From Fimbriosthenelais zetlandica (lineage: Eukaryota): a DNA stretch of 64,000 bases. Under the pieces are notes generated by a model, which was not told the DNA's origin, did no database searches, and saw nothing but the letters and a program-made list of their open reading frames with translations. The stretch lies in assembly GCA_977030845.1 (NCBI GenBank), contig OZ365112.1, positions 17,174,001 through 17,238,000 of the forward strand, in the 5' to 3' direction. Below, one piece after another: positions 13,401-25,600 of this stretch (position 1 is its first letter; each line of letters begins with the position of its first letter). Both the position numbers and the translations under genes were made by a program.

Positions 13401-16315
13401 ATGTCAACTTAGGAAATGAGGGACTGATTCGTGCATGTATTGAGCATTTCTGAGAAAACCTTTTCGCCAAGGGGACACCCCCTTTTAATGCGGCATATTC
13501 TCTTAGCTTTATGTATGGGAAGAATGAAAAGGTTCTGGGCCAATAGGTAAAACATAATACAAGGTCTATTGATGGAAACAATGTAGTATCGCATGAATGA
13601 AAATAGAAGCATATTCATTCCGTTTAATGAAGGTGATTTAAATTAGGCAGGTATGGGGTCAACATAGAGGCATCTATGGGGAATTCCTTTTGAGACAAAA
13701 ATAATGTTGCCTTTCCATTCAGATTGAACATCTGCCAGATTGTCAGATCTACAGATCCCTATCTTCATTAAATGCATTTAATTTGCTGTTCAGCTAATGA
13801 AGGGATGTGTCATTGGACCAATGGAAACCTGTAGACTTATGAATCACCACTGGTCCCAGATAATGTCAAAGACATGCTAACATTATTCAAGGAGGAATGT
13901 TGTGCATACCTTGTCCCATATTTAGCCCAGACGTCTCCTATATGATGAACACCTACATGGCACTAGTCGTGGTTATTATGAGAGGTGTTATCTCAGGAAG
14001 TTTAACTTCCCCACCTGGACCCTCACATACGAGGCTAGTTGGACGAGTGAGGTGACATTCAAACTTGGCCCTGTCCCCTGTCTATGTCCATCTGCCTGGA
14101 CAGTGGCCAGGCCGATGACCAGGCCAGCCTAGACTTACTAGATACAACCACCGCACACCTATTAACCCCCTTACTCAATTTAAAACACATTGATGACATA
14201 GTTATAACGACATAACCTTTCCCCTTGTCAGAAAATTCACTTGAAAATATGTTTTTCATTTTTTAAAAGCTCTGGTACAAATGTTCAACCCCTATCAAGT
14301 CAAAGGAGGTGTTATGTATTAAGTGTCTTATATCAGAATCGGTAGGTCCCAACAGGTAAAATGACAAATGACAACTTACTTAGGAAATAAGGTAGCTCAT
14401 CACTAATGCTATTCAACTGAGAGTTTGGCAGTGTTCACCAAAGTTATCACAAATCAAATAACAATTCAACACCTACCGGGTCAGAATTATATTCAAGCAT
14501 GCAGACTTGGCCTATAGTCGGGACCGGGAGTGTAAAAAGTTTTTTGCTGTGGCATACATATTTAGTTTTGTATTGTAGTAACAATGTCTAAATTTTGTAC
14601 CAAATGTACATCTCTAGAGCGAGGTGTGTGCATACAGATGAGAGGAAATACGCTGCTGGTATAGCCAACTACACCCGTTGAAGTGAAGCAATGCCTGCGT
14701 TCAGAAAAGCAGGAGATATGGCTCGTTTCAATAAAAAATAAAACAATAGTTTAAGGGTATATTTACTTGAGAGTAAACAAATTAATTTATAAATCAGATG
14801 CCAGAAACCTACTGTCTAAAAGTATGATTAACATAATACATTCTCGAGCAAAAACTCTGTTGGAATCCAAACTAGTGAGAAAAAGGGCCAAAGTTGTACC
14901 AATGTGAAAGTGACCATCTTCGACTTGAAATCACTGTGTTTCTGAATGCAGATTGTGATAATGTAATGCCACAGCAAATGAATCATCAGAATGTATAATC
15001 ACATACTATTCTGCAGCAGACTATTATTCAAGGATATTAACTTCGAATCAATGCAATTTTCTATGTAGGTCGGAAATTAACAGATTGAGTAAAAATGAAG
15101 ACATTCCAACCGTCAGCGGCAATTAAGGTTATTTTCTCTGGCACTTATCCATTAATTGGCATTGACGTCTAAACTAACTTTCCTAAAGATATATAATGTT
15201 TTAGAAGTAAGAATTTTCCAAGGTCAATGCTAGACCCTCGATGAAGATTACATTGCTTAAAAGAAATTTTGAGAGTAATTCCCAGGTACAGATACTCCCT
15301 TTATTCTAAATCAGAAATCACCCCAACCATTGACTTACAAGGGGAATTCAAACAGATGCGATCTGCCATGCTAAAGTTAAACATGTACTTGTTTTAAAGG
15401 GAACATTTTGAAAAGTGTATTGCTATGCTTTCAAGGGCCAATGGCGCTCTGGGCGAATATTGTTCTTGTATTACAAATATTGTTTATATAAGGATAGAAA
15501 AAATCCCAAACACACACAATATCGACCTGAAGCATGGATGGAGAAGTGTTTGTATGCTGGACATACTACTAGACCGTATGGGAAATAGTATAGAACACCT
15601 ACACACCTCCCACAGGTGGGGGGGGGGGGTGTGGAGGAAACAAAACACTGACAAGCTCCCACTTCCAGGACACAAAGGCGTAGGCTCAAATTCTGGGAAT
15701 AAAATTTTCAACTTTTGTGCTGAAAAATGGCCCTTATGTAATCCACCAGAAAGTGTCTGGTATGAATGGATTTTGAAACATGTGTACTTTCAGCAAGAGC
15801 CTAAGATATCCCCGAATATTGAGAATCTCTTGACAAGTAAAGTGGGTGAGCCATGAAAAGTACGACAGTACAAACAATCTGTTAAACAGAGGTGTAACTT
15901 CATCATGAAGCAGAAGGTGATGAGAGGGCAGGAGGTGAGGAAGATATGGAGCATGTCATTCTGACCTTTGGCACATTTCCCCTGGAGAAATCTAATTTGG
16001 CAACAATGATCAAAAACAAATAAGTAAATTTACATGCAACATTACACCGAATATCATATGTATTGTTGATTCCTACATAACATAGCATGATGCTTTATTA
16101 CTGTGGTTCTAGGTCCAAAATATGATCTAGACTTTAACATTTTTATAGCTCACCTCGCGACCCCGTGTTCCGGCGATGACGATCACTAAAGACGCCGTGA
16201 TCATGATGCAGATGAGCACGACCAACATGTGTGTGACGTCAGCAAAGACGGGGTTCCGTTGGTCGCCATAGTAAGTGTTGTGACCATGCTCTCGAAATCC
16301 ATCAAACCACCCCAT
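7448..16315 (-). CDS. DUOXA1: Dual oxidase maturation factor (DUOXA / NIP / moladietz family), 8 coding exons, about 435 aa
   Basis: Exons 16315-16154, 13000-12943, 12846-12712, 12173-12108, 9798-9645, 8890-8679, 8107-7962, 7822-7448, all GT-AG and phase-compatible. The translation carries family hallmarks: MGWFDGFR start (Drosophila NIP MKGWFDAFR), GQEW, VGLKSVNITL, YNERF, RGLPQPILYVAEYF, RLAGHF, FHYGWCYW. Paralog number cannot be resolved (a single invertebrate DUOXA). Confidence 0.93.
8261..8450. mobile_element. MITE-like element in a DUOXA intron
   Basis: Imperfect terminal inverted repeats TATTTTATGCCATGCTTGTCCACA (8261-8284) and TGTGGAAGCATGGCATAAAAATA (8428-8450). The interior is CpG-rich and has no coding capacity. 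TA lies at both edges. Confidence 0.65.
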
Positions 16316-16474
16316 AACTGGAAAATACAAGATGTATGCATTCAGAGAAAGATCCTTCAAGGTGTTCTTCAGAAAGGTTTTCCTCACACAGACATTCTCA
16401 ATAAAAGACTACAAAGTGGAACTCTTCCTCTGGTTATTATTATTAAGAAAAAATGTCAAAGGCCTGCAAGACAA

Positions 16475-16678
16475 AAACTAAGCTGGGTCCAGGCCTTGAT
16501 GACACAGTATTGTACCATTCTGGGTCTTGCACAAAAGGAATGCATAAGACGGAATGTCAACAAAGTTTTGCTCCTCAGACGGTACTCGAGAGCTTGGTAT
16601 AGACTGTGTTCCCATGTCGACCAGGCTCTGTATACATCATCCTACCAGCCTGCATACATCCAGGCTTCTAAACACTGA
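16475..16678 (+). mobile_element. Possible decayed CR1/L2-type LINE reverse-transcriptase C-terminal fragment
   Basis: The frame reads KLSW...LLLRRYSR...LYTSSYQPAY, resembling the LINE RT tail pattern KLSW..H...LRR...LY.S...P...Y. Spacing is imperfect, so support is weak. Confidence 0.25.
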
Positions 16679-19600
16679 CATGCTTCAATGGTTCTCCTCC
16701 AGTAGGACATCTCTATGAAGTCAAGTTTCCCCGCAAAATATATTCACAGGATTTATATATACTTAATGGATGTAATGTCAGAAAACAACAGAGATAGAGT
16801 TTAAACTAAATAAGATAATGATCCCTGATTGACAAAGTCCAAGATCAACTTAGACAGATTATGCCATAGTTATGTTATGGATAAAAATTAAATGATCCAT
16901 GCCAAATAAATAGGAGATATCAATGAAGTAAGATGTACTCTAATTTGGCCACCAATCTCTCTAACAACCATCTGTAGGACAGGGAACCTCAATGAGCATT
17001 AAGGCAGGTACAGGTCAGAAGGTCTTTGATTCACAAGCACAATGATGGCATTTGGTGAAGTAATCTTCATTAGAAGGAGTAGCTAATTACACTGATGTGA
17101 TGAACATTGCTGGGAGGGTCATTGAGGCACCTGGGGATGACCATTGTTTAAGTACTGGCTGGACAGGTGGCACATAATTAACAATGATTCCTACATGAGG
17201 CACCTGACGTAATATACTCAGGGCTACAATATCATTACCTTCATCCATGACACTCAAATACTGACCGACAGAACCTATGGAAACCAGCTCCAGTTCTGCT
17301 CATTTATAACATTTTGGTCCTTATTATAAAAAAAACATATCATTTTATTGTTTCCCCGAGAAGAAATGTCTCTGAATGATATGTAACATAAGATTCTGCT
17401 GAAATATTGATTTATAAGCCAGCTGAACAATATACATAATACAGGACAACCCACATTTTCTTTTGATCCTCACCGGCTATGAGGAAAACCAAGGATGAAA
17501 GAAGGACTTGTGTTAATAAAGACATGGTCTGAAAGCATAGACAGTGACTGGAGACAAGCCACTGACAAGCAGAAGTCTGCTGTAGACAAACTGCCATAAT
17601 ATGCAAATAGCAGGACACGAAGAGACAGAAGGGCATAATGAAAATCTGTTTTTTACCAAAAGGACCAGTAAATCATTTGCTAAGAGACATACATTTTCTT
17701 GTATATTTTTTTCTTATGGAATACCAATATAAAAGTTCTTTATACGTAAACATGTCCAATTTTAATCGTAAATACTATTTAATTAATAAATATTTTATTA
17801 ATATTAGACTGCACCTAAAATAATCAAGAAGGTTGGCTGGCTCGCCGGGCTCCTAAAATGTGTTCAAGTAGATATATGGACTTCATCTAAATGTTTTTCC
17901 TGCTTCAAAGATAATCAAATCTTAGTTATAATTTACTGGCTTATTTAATGAGAAGTCATATTAGTACATAAGGTCAAAGGTTAATGTCAACCACTCAGGA
18001 ACTATTGTATACGTGGATTGCAGATGCCCCTTGTAATATTTTCCCTTTTTGAGTAAAGACAACATGGCTGGAAGCCAAGAAGAGAATAGGGACTGGATAT
18101 GGTGGGTTCGGCAATTGAACGAATGCCAGTAAATCTAGTCTACTTTAAAATCTACAGTCTCATGTGACAAATTCGTTCTTCATACCTGTAACTGAGATTT
18201 TTCCAACAGGGCCCAGAAACAGTGTATTTAAATTCATATTTGGACACGTTTCTTGGAATATTATTCTCTGTTATGGCTGCCAAGAATATGGTATAGCCAC
18301 ACGCGTCATAAAAACACGAAAAATCGACTTTAAGTTGTTAGTCTCTGAAAAATGACCACAAAACCACAGGGGAATACCTGCATGGCTTGGGGATCTTTTT
18401 TTCTATAGGACTACCAAAGCAACATGGAAGTGACAAAAATAAAAGGTTACATTCACGGGTTAACTGGAGGGTGTTACCACACGAAACACGATACCAGCTG
18501 ATCGTGAGTATAATGAGAATAAAATGTCTAACATATAGTCTTGTATACCTTTAAGATGGATGATTTTCCTACAGGGGAAACATGGGAGGTCAGTACATTC
18601 CTGCATAGCCTGCCCCATATCATTGGATCATATTACCATAGATATCAATGGCATTTTCATAAGTATCCAATCTCACTTCCACGAATGCATGCCGAGAACT
18701 TGTACTTCACATCAAGGTATTTTATAGACATAGATTTTATTTCAATAGGTCTCAGGAGCACTAGACCCAATGAGATTCAATGACTAATCTTTGCCTCTCA
18801 ATGTGACCACAACAATTGATTAAAACAAAGGACGAAGACCCAGGAGCATGAATTATGTACTCCATACTACATACATGTAAACCTACTCTGCTGTCCTTGC
18901 ATTAAGCCATCATTTAACCTGTATGTTGGACAACACATTTAGTTCCATTTAAACCGAAATCATACTCCTGATTCAATCCATTTAACAGATATCAATACGA
19001 GTAGATTTCGAGAACATTGTTGCCTTCTAAAATACATGTATCTCAAAACGGATGACATATATGAAGAAGGAATGAATAGCAATAGATTCTCATTACTCTT
19101 TACAAGTCATAAGACTATGGTCCCTTTCAACCTCTAACGTTATCCTCTATTGTCTATTCTAACTCATACCGATCCAGACAGTTTCATAACACTCATTAAT
19201 TCACACACTCAACTTAGTTGTACATCATTCATAAGGCCAATTGATAAACCCATAGACTGTCATTATAAATGGTCAATTTGCGATCTAGAGCTTTTTCATG
19301 GAAATGAGCTGCCCTTTGGGGACTCTCAGGGGTACTTCATGGTTCATGTCTGTCCCACCTATCATAAATAATTACACGTTCATTTAATAGAACGTTAATA
19401 TTTATTTTAGTGGTGAATTCACCACCACAATCACACTAGTACTCAACTGGTGTTACAATACGAATCCATGCATTCAAAGTCGTCAGCGAGTTAGAAAGTT
19501 CCACACTGAACTGACTTTCTTTTATATGAGCATGAACGACATTGATTTCTTTTAAAACAACAAGTGAATGTTAGACGATCTATGACGTCTGTTGAACTAG

Positions 19601-22600
19601 ATGGCACTGAATGGTGCCAATGTAAAGAAACCTTAATTGGCCTATGGAACACGTAAGAGCATACAAAGGTATGTGGTTACCTTATTGCTTTTCCTCATAA
19701 GGAACCTCAGCAGCCCCTTTTCATACGTAATATCCGGATTTCAACGTCCGAGCTTGACGTGGAGACATTTTGAACACCGTTCTCGCCTCCAGATTTGAGG
19801 CATTTCATTCAATCTGCACCTTTACAGGATGAAATAGCAAGTTAAAGTGCAGAGCGATCTGTTCAAGGTAAATCTCCAGTGTGCACTACCTCCACAGGTG
19901 TATTGTCTCTCAGTATCCAGTAGTGTAGAGTTGTCGCTGTGATCATCACACACCAACCAATCCGTTCCACTCTTACATATACAGTCTCCCTTTACCCTAA
20001 TGTACTATACTTTTCAGATTCGGGAGATGATTCTTCTCCAACTATATTATCAGGCTAGATTCTGTTGCTTATTCTAAGTAGGAACCGTTTTTAAGATGGA
20101 ATAGCTTTAGAAGAGTGGATTCTGAGCGCCAGTGAGTTGGATTGAATGACATTTTGGGGTCGGTGTATAAGTCAGTGAGTGAGAGTGAGAGAGAGGAGGA
20201 CAGGAGAGACAACCTTGTAAAAAGATGGGCAGTGCTGGTGTTGGTTGTTCAACGAACAGACTGTCTGTAGGCATGCTCAGTGCATACCAAGATAGACTAA
20301 GATCACCTGGAGGCGCCCCCTACCCACCAACCAAGGTCAACGATCCTTGGAGACGGTGGCCAAGGTCAAGACCAATCTTATTCCTTTCTTTACCTGAAAT
20401 ATATGCACTCCGCCCGTCTGCGTCCATTCAGACGATCTGACTCAAAATCCTGAACGGCCAGGTGCAGTCAGACCATTTATGGTCAGATTATTCTTTTAGA
20501 CTATCGGGAATACCAGACACTCCAACTTATCTTTAAAGTCACTGAAAAGGTATACTCTGCAAACGAGTATATACTTGTTGCTCTGACGAATCCCCCCACA
20601 ACCAACACACACTAAAATGCCTTAATGAAAAGTGGTATAATTGTAAAACAGGATGATTCAGACCTATGGTAGTCAATGACCTCACTTTCTGGAACCTTGG
20701 GTCGTTAGATAATGGGGAAGTAACCAGAGGGTGAGTGGTCAAGGTGCGTTTATATCTACACTCATTCACTGTCATTATTGTGGAATGCGCTTCCAGTCAC
20801 ACCATTTGGATCCTCATGAGATACTATAGTATATTGAAATTCAGCAAACCCAGAAATGTTAATATTTTCAATCTAGGTCAAAATATGTTCCAATGTACCG
20901 AAATACTTTTTTGATTCACCTTGTTTCTTTTAGCATAATTATTTATGTTTCACAACTGCCAAGTACATAACAATAAACTCTAAAATGACATAGAATGAAT
21001 AATACATGCTGGGCTTTTTACAGGCCCTAACTGAATACTACAGTTGAACAGCGATGCCAAATTAAGTAGCCACTGTGCCCTGGAACCGACCTCTTTCTAA
21101 GACTAACACATACACAATGTTATTAAGTTTGTCTATGATTTTTCTGAAGTCCAAACCAAAACGGATGCAAAGAAGGAAATCGAGACATTCCAAGGTAAAA
21201 TAAACGCCCCTGGGTTTAACATGATGACCCTGTAAACCACAGTTGCTCACGGTTGATCATCTTATTCATGTGTGTCTGCACTTCGCCCTGCACAATCATA
21301 ATTACCCTCAAGACATGGGTGATCTCTGACACCAACTAAAAATAATGGCATAAATTAATTCTGCTTCTGGAAAACGTTCATCACACTTAGTCGGAGGCGT
21401 GTGCTATGTGTCACGGATTTGTTAATATTGTGAACAAAAGTCAAATATCGAAAGGTTAAAAGGCAACCACTGAGGGCCCGAGGGGGGTGGTTTCGTTCCG
21501 CTAAGGAAACATTACCTTTGGTGCTCCTCTTGGCTATGTGTATGAGTGACATTTAATTGTCAATGTCTATTGTCAATGTTCAGGAGCTTACCAAACCACC
21601 CCCTTGCAGATATGCCTGAAGCCAGACCACTAGAATGCTATGTGTGAAGGTATATCTCGCTAGGATCCATAATATGCTTAGGAGATAAGTAACAATTTGT
21701 TTATCAGGAATATGTTTGAACATTCAGGGAAGATATGTAATACCTTCATTGTATGTGTCCAGTAAGATATGTACATTGAGCGCCAATGACAGTTCCAAGG
21801 AGAAGAGACAATGATAATCCTACATTCTGATATGTTTCTATGACAATTCATGAAAATATTCATCACTGCGCTGTTCTTATTAAAATATAGCTTATATGTG
21901 CCTAAGCAATTAGATCTTTAAACCGAGAAACATAAGTAGTATACACATAATGTCCATACTTAGATTTCTCACATATTCAAGTATGATTCTAGATCAACCT
22001 ATGCCCATGAAAGGATTATCGCAACGTCTATGCCGTTCTATCCTTTTATGAAACTGTGAGCAATTCAACTATCATGGACATGGTTACAAAGATGTATATA
22101 AAACCATGCATGTCTCCCTTTAAAACCAAAAGAGGATCTTCTAGGAAAAACGGGTCCGACCTCAGTCTACACCACCTCTTTTTCTCTGCCTTTTCAGCTT
22201 TCAATATTTGCTGCAATCCTAATCTTCTATTGTTCTGGTTTCGGATTGACTTCGGACAAAAGAGACAACCGCAAAAATGTCAAGGTTTTGACTGAACCAA
22301 TTCACGCGGGATGTAGTGGGACAAGGTTCGCTGCCACAATAGGGGATAAAAGGCTGGAGAGGAAAGCAGGAATTGAGCTTACACTAAGGGCCTTTATGGT
22401 TCAAGAAGACGTGACAATATAGACCTGCTCCCGATTATGATAATGATTGCCAATTTACTTATTTACGATACCTCTGTAGCTCGAAAGTTAGGCTTCAAAA
22501 TTAAAAAAATGCGCCGAGAATAAATATTATTTCCTGGAATTTTTCAATATTTTTTTCACACTTGGTTCTTTTCACTTAGGCCTATACCTCTATAACAGGT

Positions 22601-25600
22601 TGCCTGAGTCCCTACCTATAAGTCTACCGCAATCATATCCAATCTAAACAATCTAAAAAGTGGAGATGTAATGTCTTATGTTGTGGTTAAACATAAACAT
22701 CTCCCGTTTGAATTTCATGACTTATCTCCATTATCCGGCCTTAAGGCTGCCGCTAGTTTTGTGAATGAAACATAACGGTATATAGACGTGAGTGTAACCA
22801 GGCCTGACCGATGCTCCAGGCCTTCTCCATATAGACTTAATGCCTCGCCTTCTTACTCCAATTCAGGCTCATCTCTAGTCTCTCATCTCCTGCAAACAAT
22901 CCAACTCTAATCTTTTCCCACGAGATTCCAGCACGCCCATTTAAAAAGATCAAGCCTAATTTCAGGTGTAAAAATGCATTCTACAATATAATAATGCAAA
23001 TTTATCCTAATTATAGGGATTATTGAGTTTGAGACAAATCCCGGGACAAAAATAATTGCTATGAATTAAAAGGTTTTATTCCATTTTGTGCACAGCTTTT
23101 CAAGTATCAGTGTAAATAAAAGGCGGATATATTCCTTTGTAGAAGAAAGTGGGAAGGTGTGTGTGTGGCGCGGGTGGGAGGCGGAGGGAGGGCGCAGAAC
23201 TTTGTGAGACAAGAAACAAATAGGAAGATAAAATTCTGCGAAGAGGCATGGAAATTCCCTGCACATTTCCACACCTTTGATAGTCTATATTAGATCAGCA
23301 GCAAATCTCAGAATGGGTGCTCAAGGCAGGGGTGAGGGAAGGTTTGTTGACCTTTGACATTTAAGTATAGGTGTGGTCAGAATATTTCTTAACCCGAGCT
23401 CCACAGAATCTGAGTTGTAAAGAATAATGACAGGCCCAGAAGGAAGATCCAGTCTTTACCATCATACTCCTGCTGTATACAATAGGGCCGATAATCCCAT
23501 TAGTGCCTTGCTTAGATTTGAAAAAAACTGACAGAATATGTTTTATGTCAACATTGACGGCATTAATGTTTCTTGCTGGGAGACAGTGCCTGTGATCAGG
23601 AATCTATTAATCGCTAATATTGCAAGGGGCGGATTAAGTTTTTCTGCAGACGTTACAACTGTAACCAATAGTTTTTTCTCCAATTACCTCACCCGTTTAC
23701 TTACTTTCTAACTTATGAAAATACCATTTTATCAGGGATCATTATAAGCGAAAAACTCGTGTGTTTTTTTCTGTATATTAATGCAAATCTAAAAGCTTTT
23801 ACGTAAATTGAATTGGTATATTTTCTCATGTTCTGGTCATTGCCAATAAAATATTTATTAGTGTCAATGACTAAACAAATCCGAAAGCGAATACGACACC
23901 TTTTCTATAGTTAACTTCATGCTCTGTGATTTATGAAGTACATACGCCATAAGATATTATACCGAGAATTTTTAAAGCAAAAATATAGAAGTTATTCCAT
24001 CGTCTGAAAAGCGTTTAACATAATGTAATAGATTATATTCTATATTTAAGAAAAACATCAGTATAATCATGTGTATGTCAATTACGTAATGGCTAATAAC
24101 ACATTATTTATAACCTTTGAAGTTAAAATTTTAAGAGACTGTAAGAAAAGTTTCTTACCTTCGGGTATTTTGTTCTATACGAGAAATAATAGAGATATAA
24201 TGTTGAATATTTAGTATGGCACCTAGTGTCTCCTGCTTGCCACTAAACCCCTCCAGACCTTAGGCTCAGTATATACACACCTTTCTGCTTGGAGAAAAGT
24301 GACTATAAAGAGCACGTGCCGTATGACACCTGAGCAGGCGTTTATAGTTGCTTGTAATAACGTGTGACCTTCACCCTTCACTGACCCCTGGAAGGCGAAA
24401 ATCTGATTGTGATGGAGGTGGAGGAGGAGGATAAGGTGGAGGAGAGAAAATTTCCTCGACACTCTATCCCCACCCCTACACCCACCATTATGGCGGGCTC
24501 TAGACTAGCGCCACCTCTCGGGATAATCAGGTAGGTGGCCCAGTGGCCCTGGACGTGAAGGGGAATGGTCAGTTTTGGTGGGCATCGCCCTCCTCGCTAC
24601 TATAATATGTCCTTGCAAGAAAAAGATGCACCTAAAGACACTAGGAATGGTTCGCTAGGAAATGTGTTAGTTTTTATTCTATTCGTATTACCTGTCTGCC
24701 AATAATGTTTTGCCAAACAAGTAGCAGGTCATATCAGGTTGCCATACTTTTCCAGCATAACAGCTCTCCATCTTATAATTTAATATTAGTAAAAACACAT
24801 ATATACATCGTCCGAGATGGTGGTATACGATACGATCTTGTGTCATTGAAAATACTGCCAAAATTATGCCAATACCTTTCTATAATAATCAATAATGACC
24901 TTAACTTATAGCAACCTAACGGAGAAAATGTAGAAAGCAGGTGGAATTTCCAATGGTCGGCGCAATACCTTCCTTGACTCATCCCAAACACATTTAAGAA
25001 CTAATGGCAAGTTCCCCAGTATAGGGCTTGCCAAGATAGTTGACAGTGAATTGAAGCTGACAAAGGTTCATCACAAAGATATCACAAAGAGAATATCATT
25101 ATTATAATCAGTCCAGCTCAGCTACTGGGTATTCCTAGCTCATACGAGCTAAGTGCTTTTGTCAAGGAAACAAAAGTTCCAAATTCCAAGTAGAATACCC
25201 AAAGCAAATTGGCCAGTCCCCTGTTAGTTATCGTTACTTCTGTCAAACTTCTGATGAAAATATTTAATACATCACCAATTCCATGAAACCTAACAATTCG
25301 GCACTTTTCAAAGCCAATTGCCTGGGAATAAGAATCACCCTATAATATTTCTGGGGAATCCATTCTCATGAAAAATAAATAAAACATCACAGAAGGGGAA
25401 ATAAAATATGCATATTAAACCCGCCCTCTACTTCCATTGACTGTAAAGGAAATAGCCTACTCTACAATGAGTCTGTCCAAAGTCTGGAACAAAAAATACC
25501 CCATCACCACTGCCAAGGAGGAAGGACTCGGAAAAATGACACTGCTTGTTCTGCTTCTATTAGGATCTACATGCCTGTCAATCACAATGTGAATTGGTGT

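Noticed and set aside
16127-16387. ORF-track N-terminal extension MRKTFLKN...YFPV of DUOXA
   Set aside because: It reads through an intron; an acceptor (TTCCAG) sits 2 nt before the conserved MGWF start.
17412-17636. ORF starting MPFC as a second MIF paralog
   Set aside because: It lacks the TN motif and any downstream MIF similarity.
19410-19425. 16-bp perfect palindrome GTGGTGAATTCACCAC
   Set aside because: Isolated, with no partner structure or context suggesting function.
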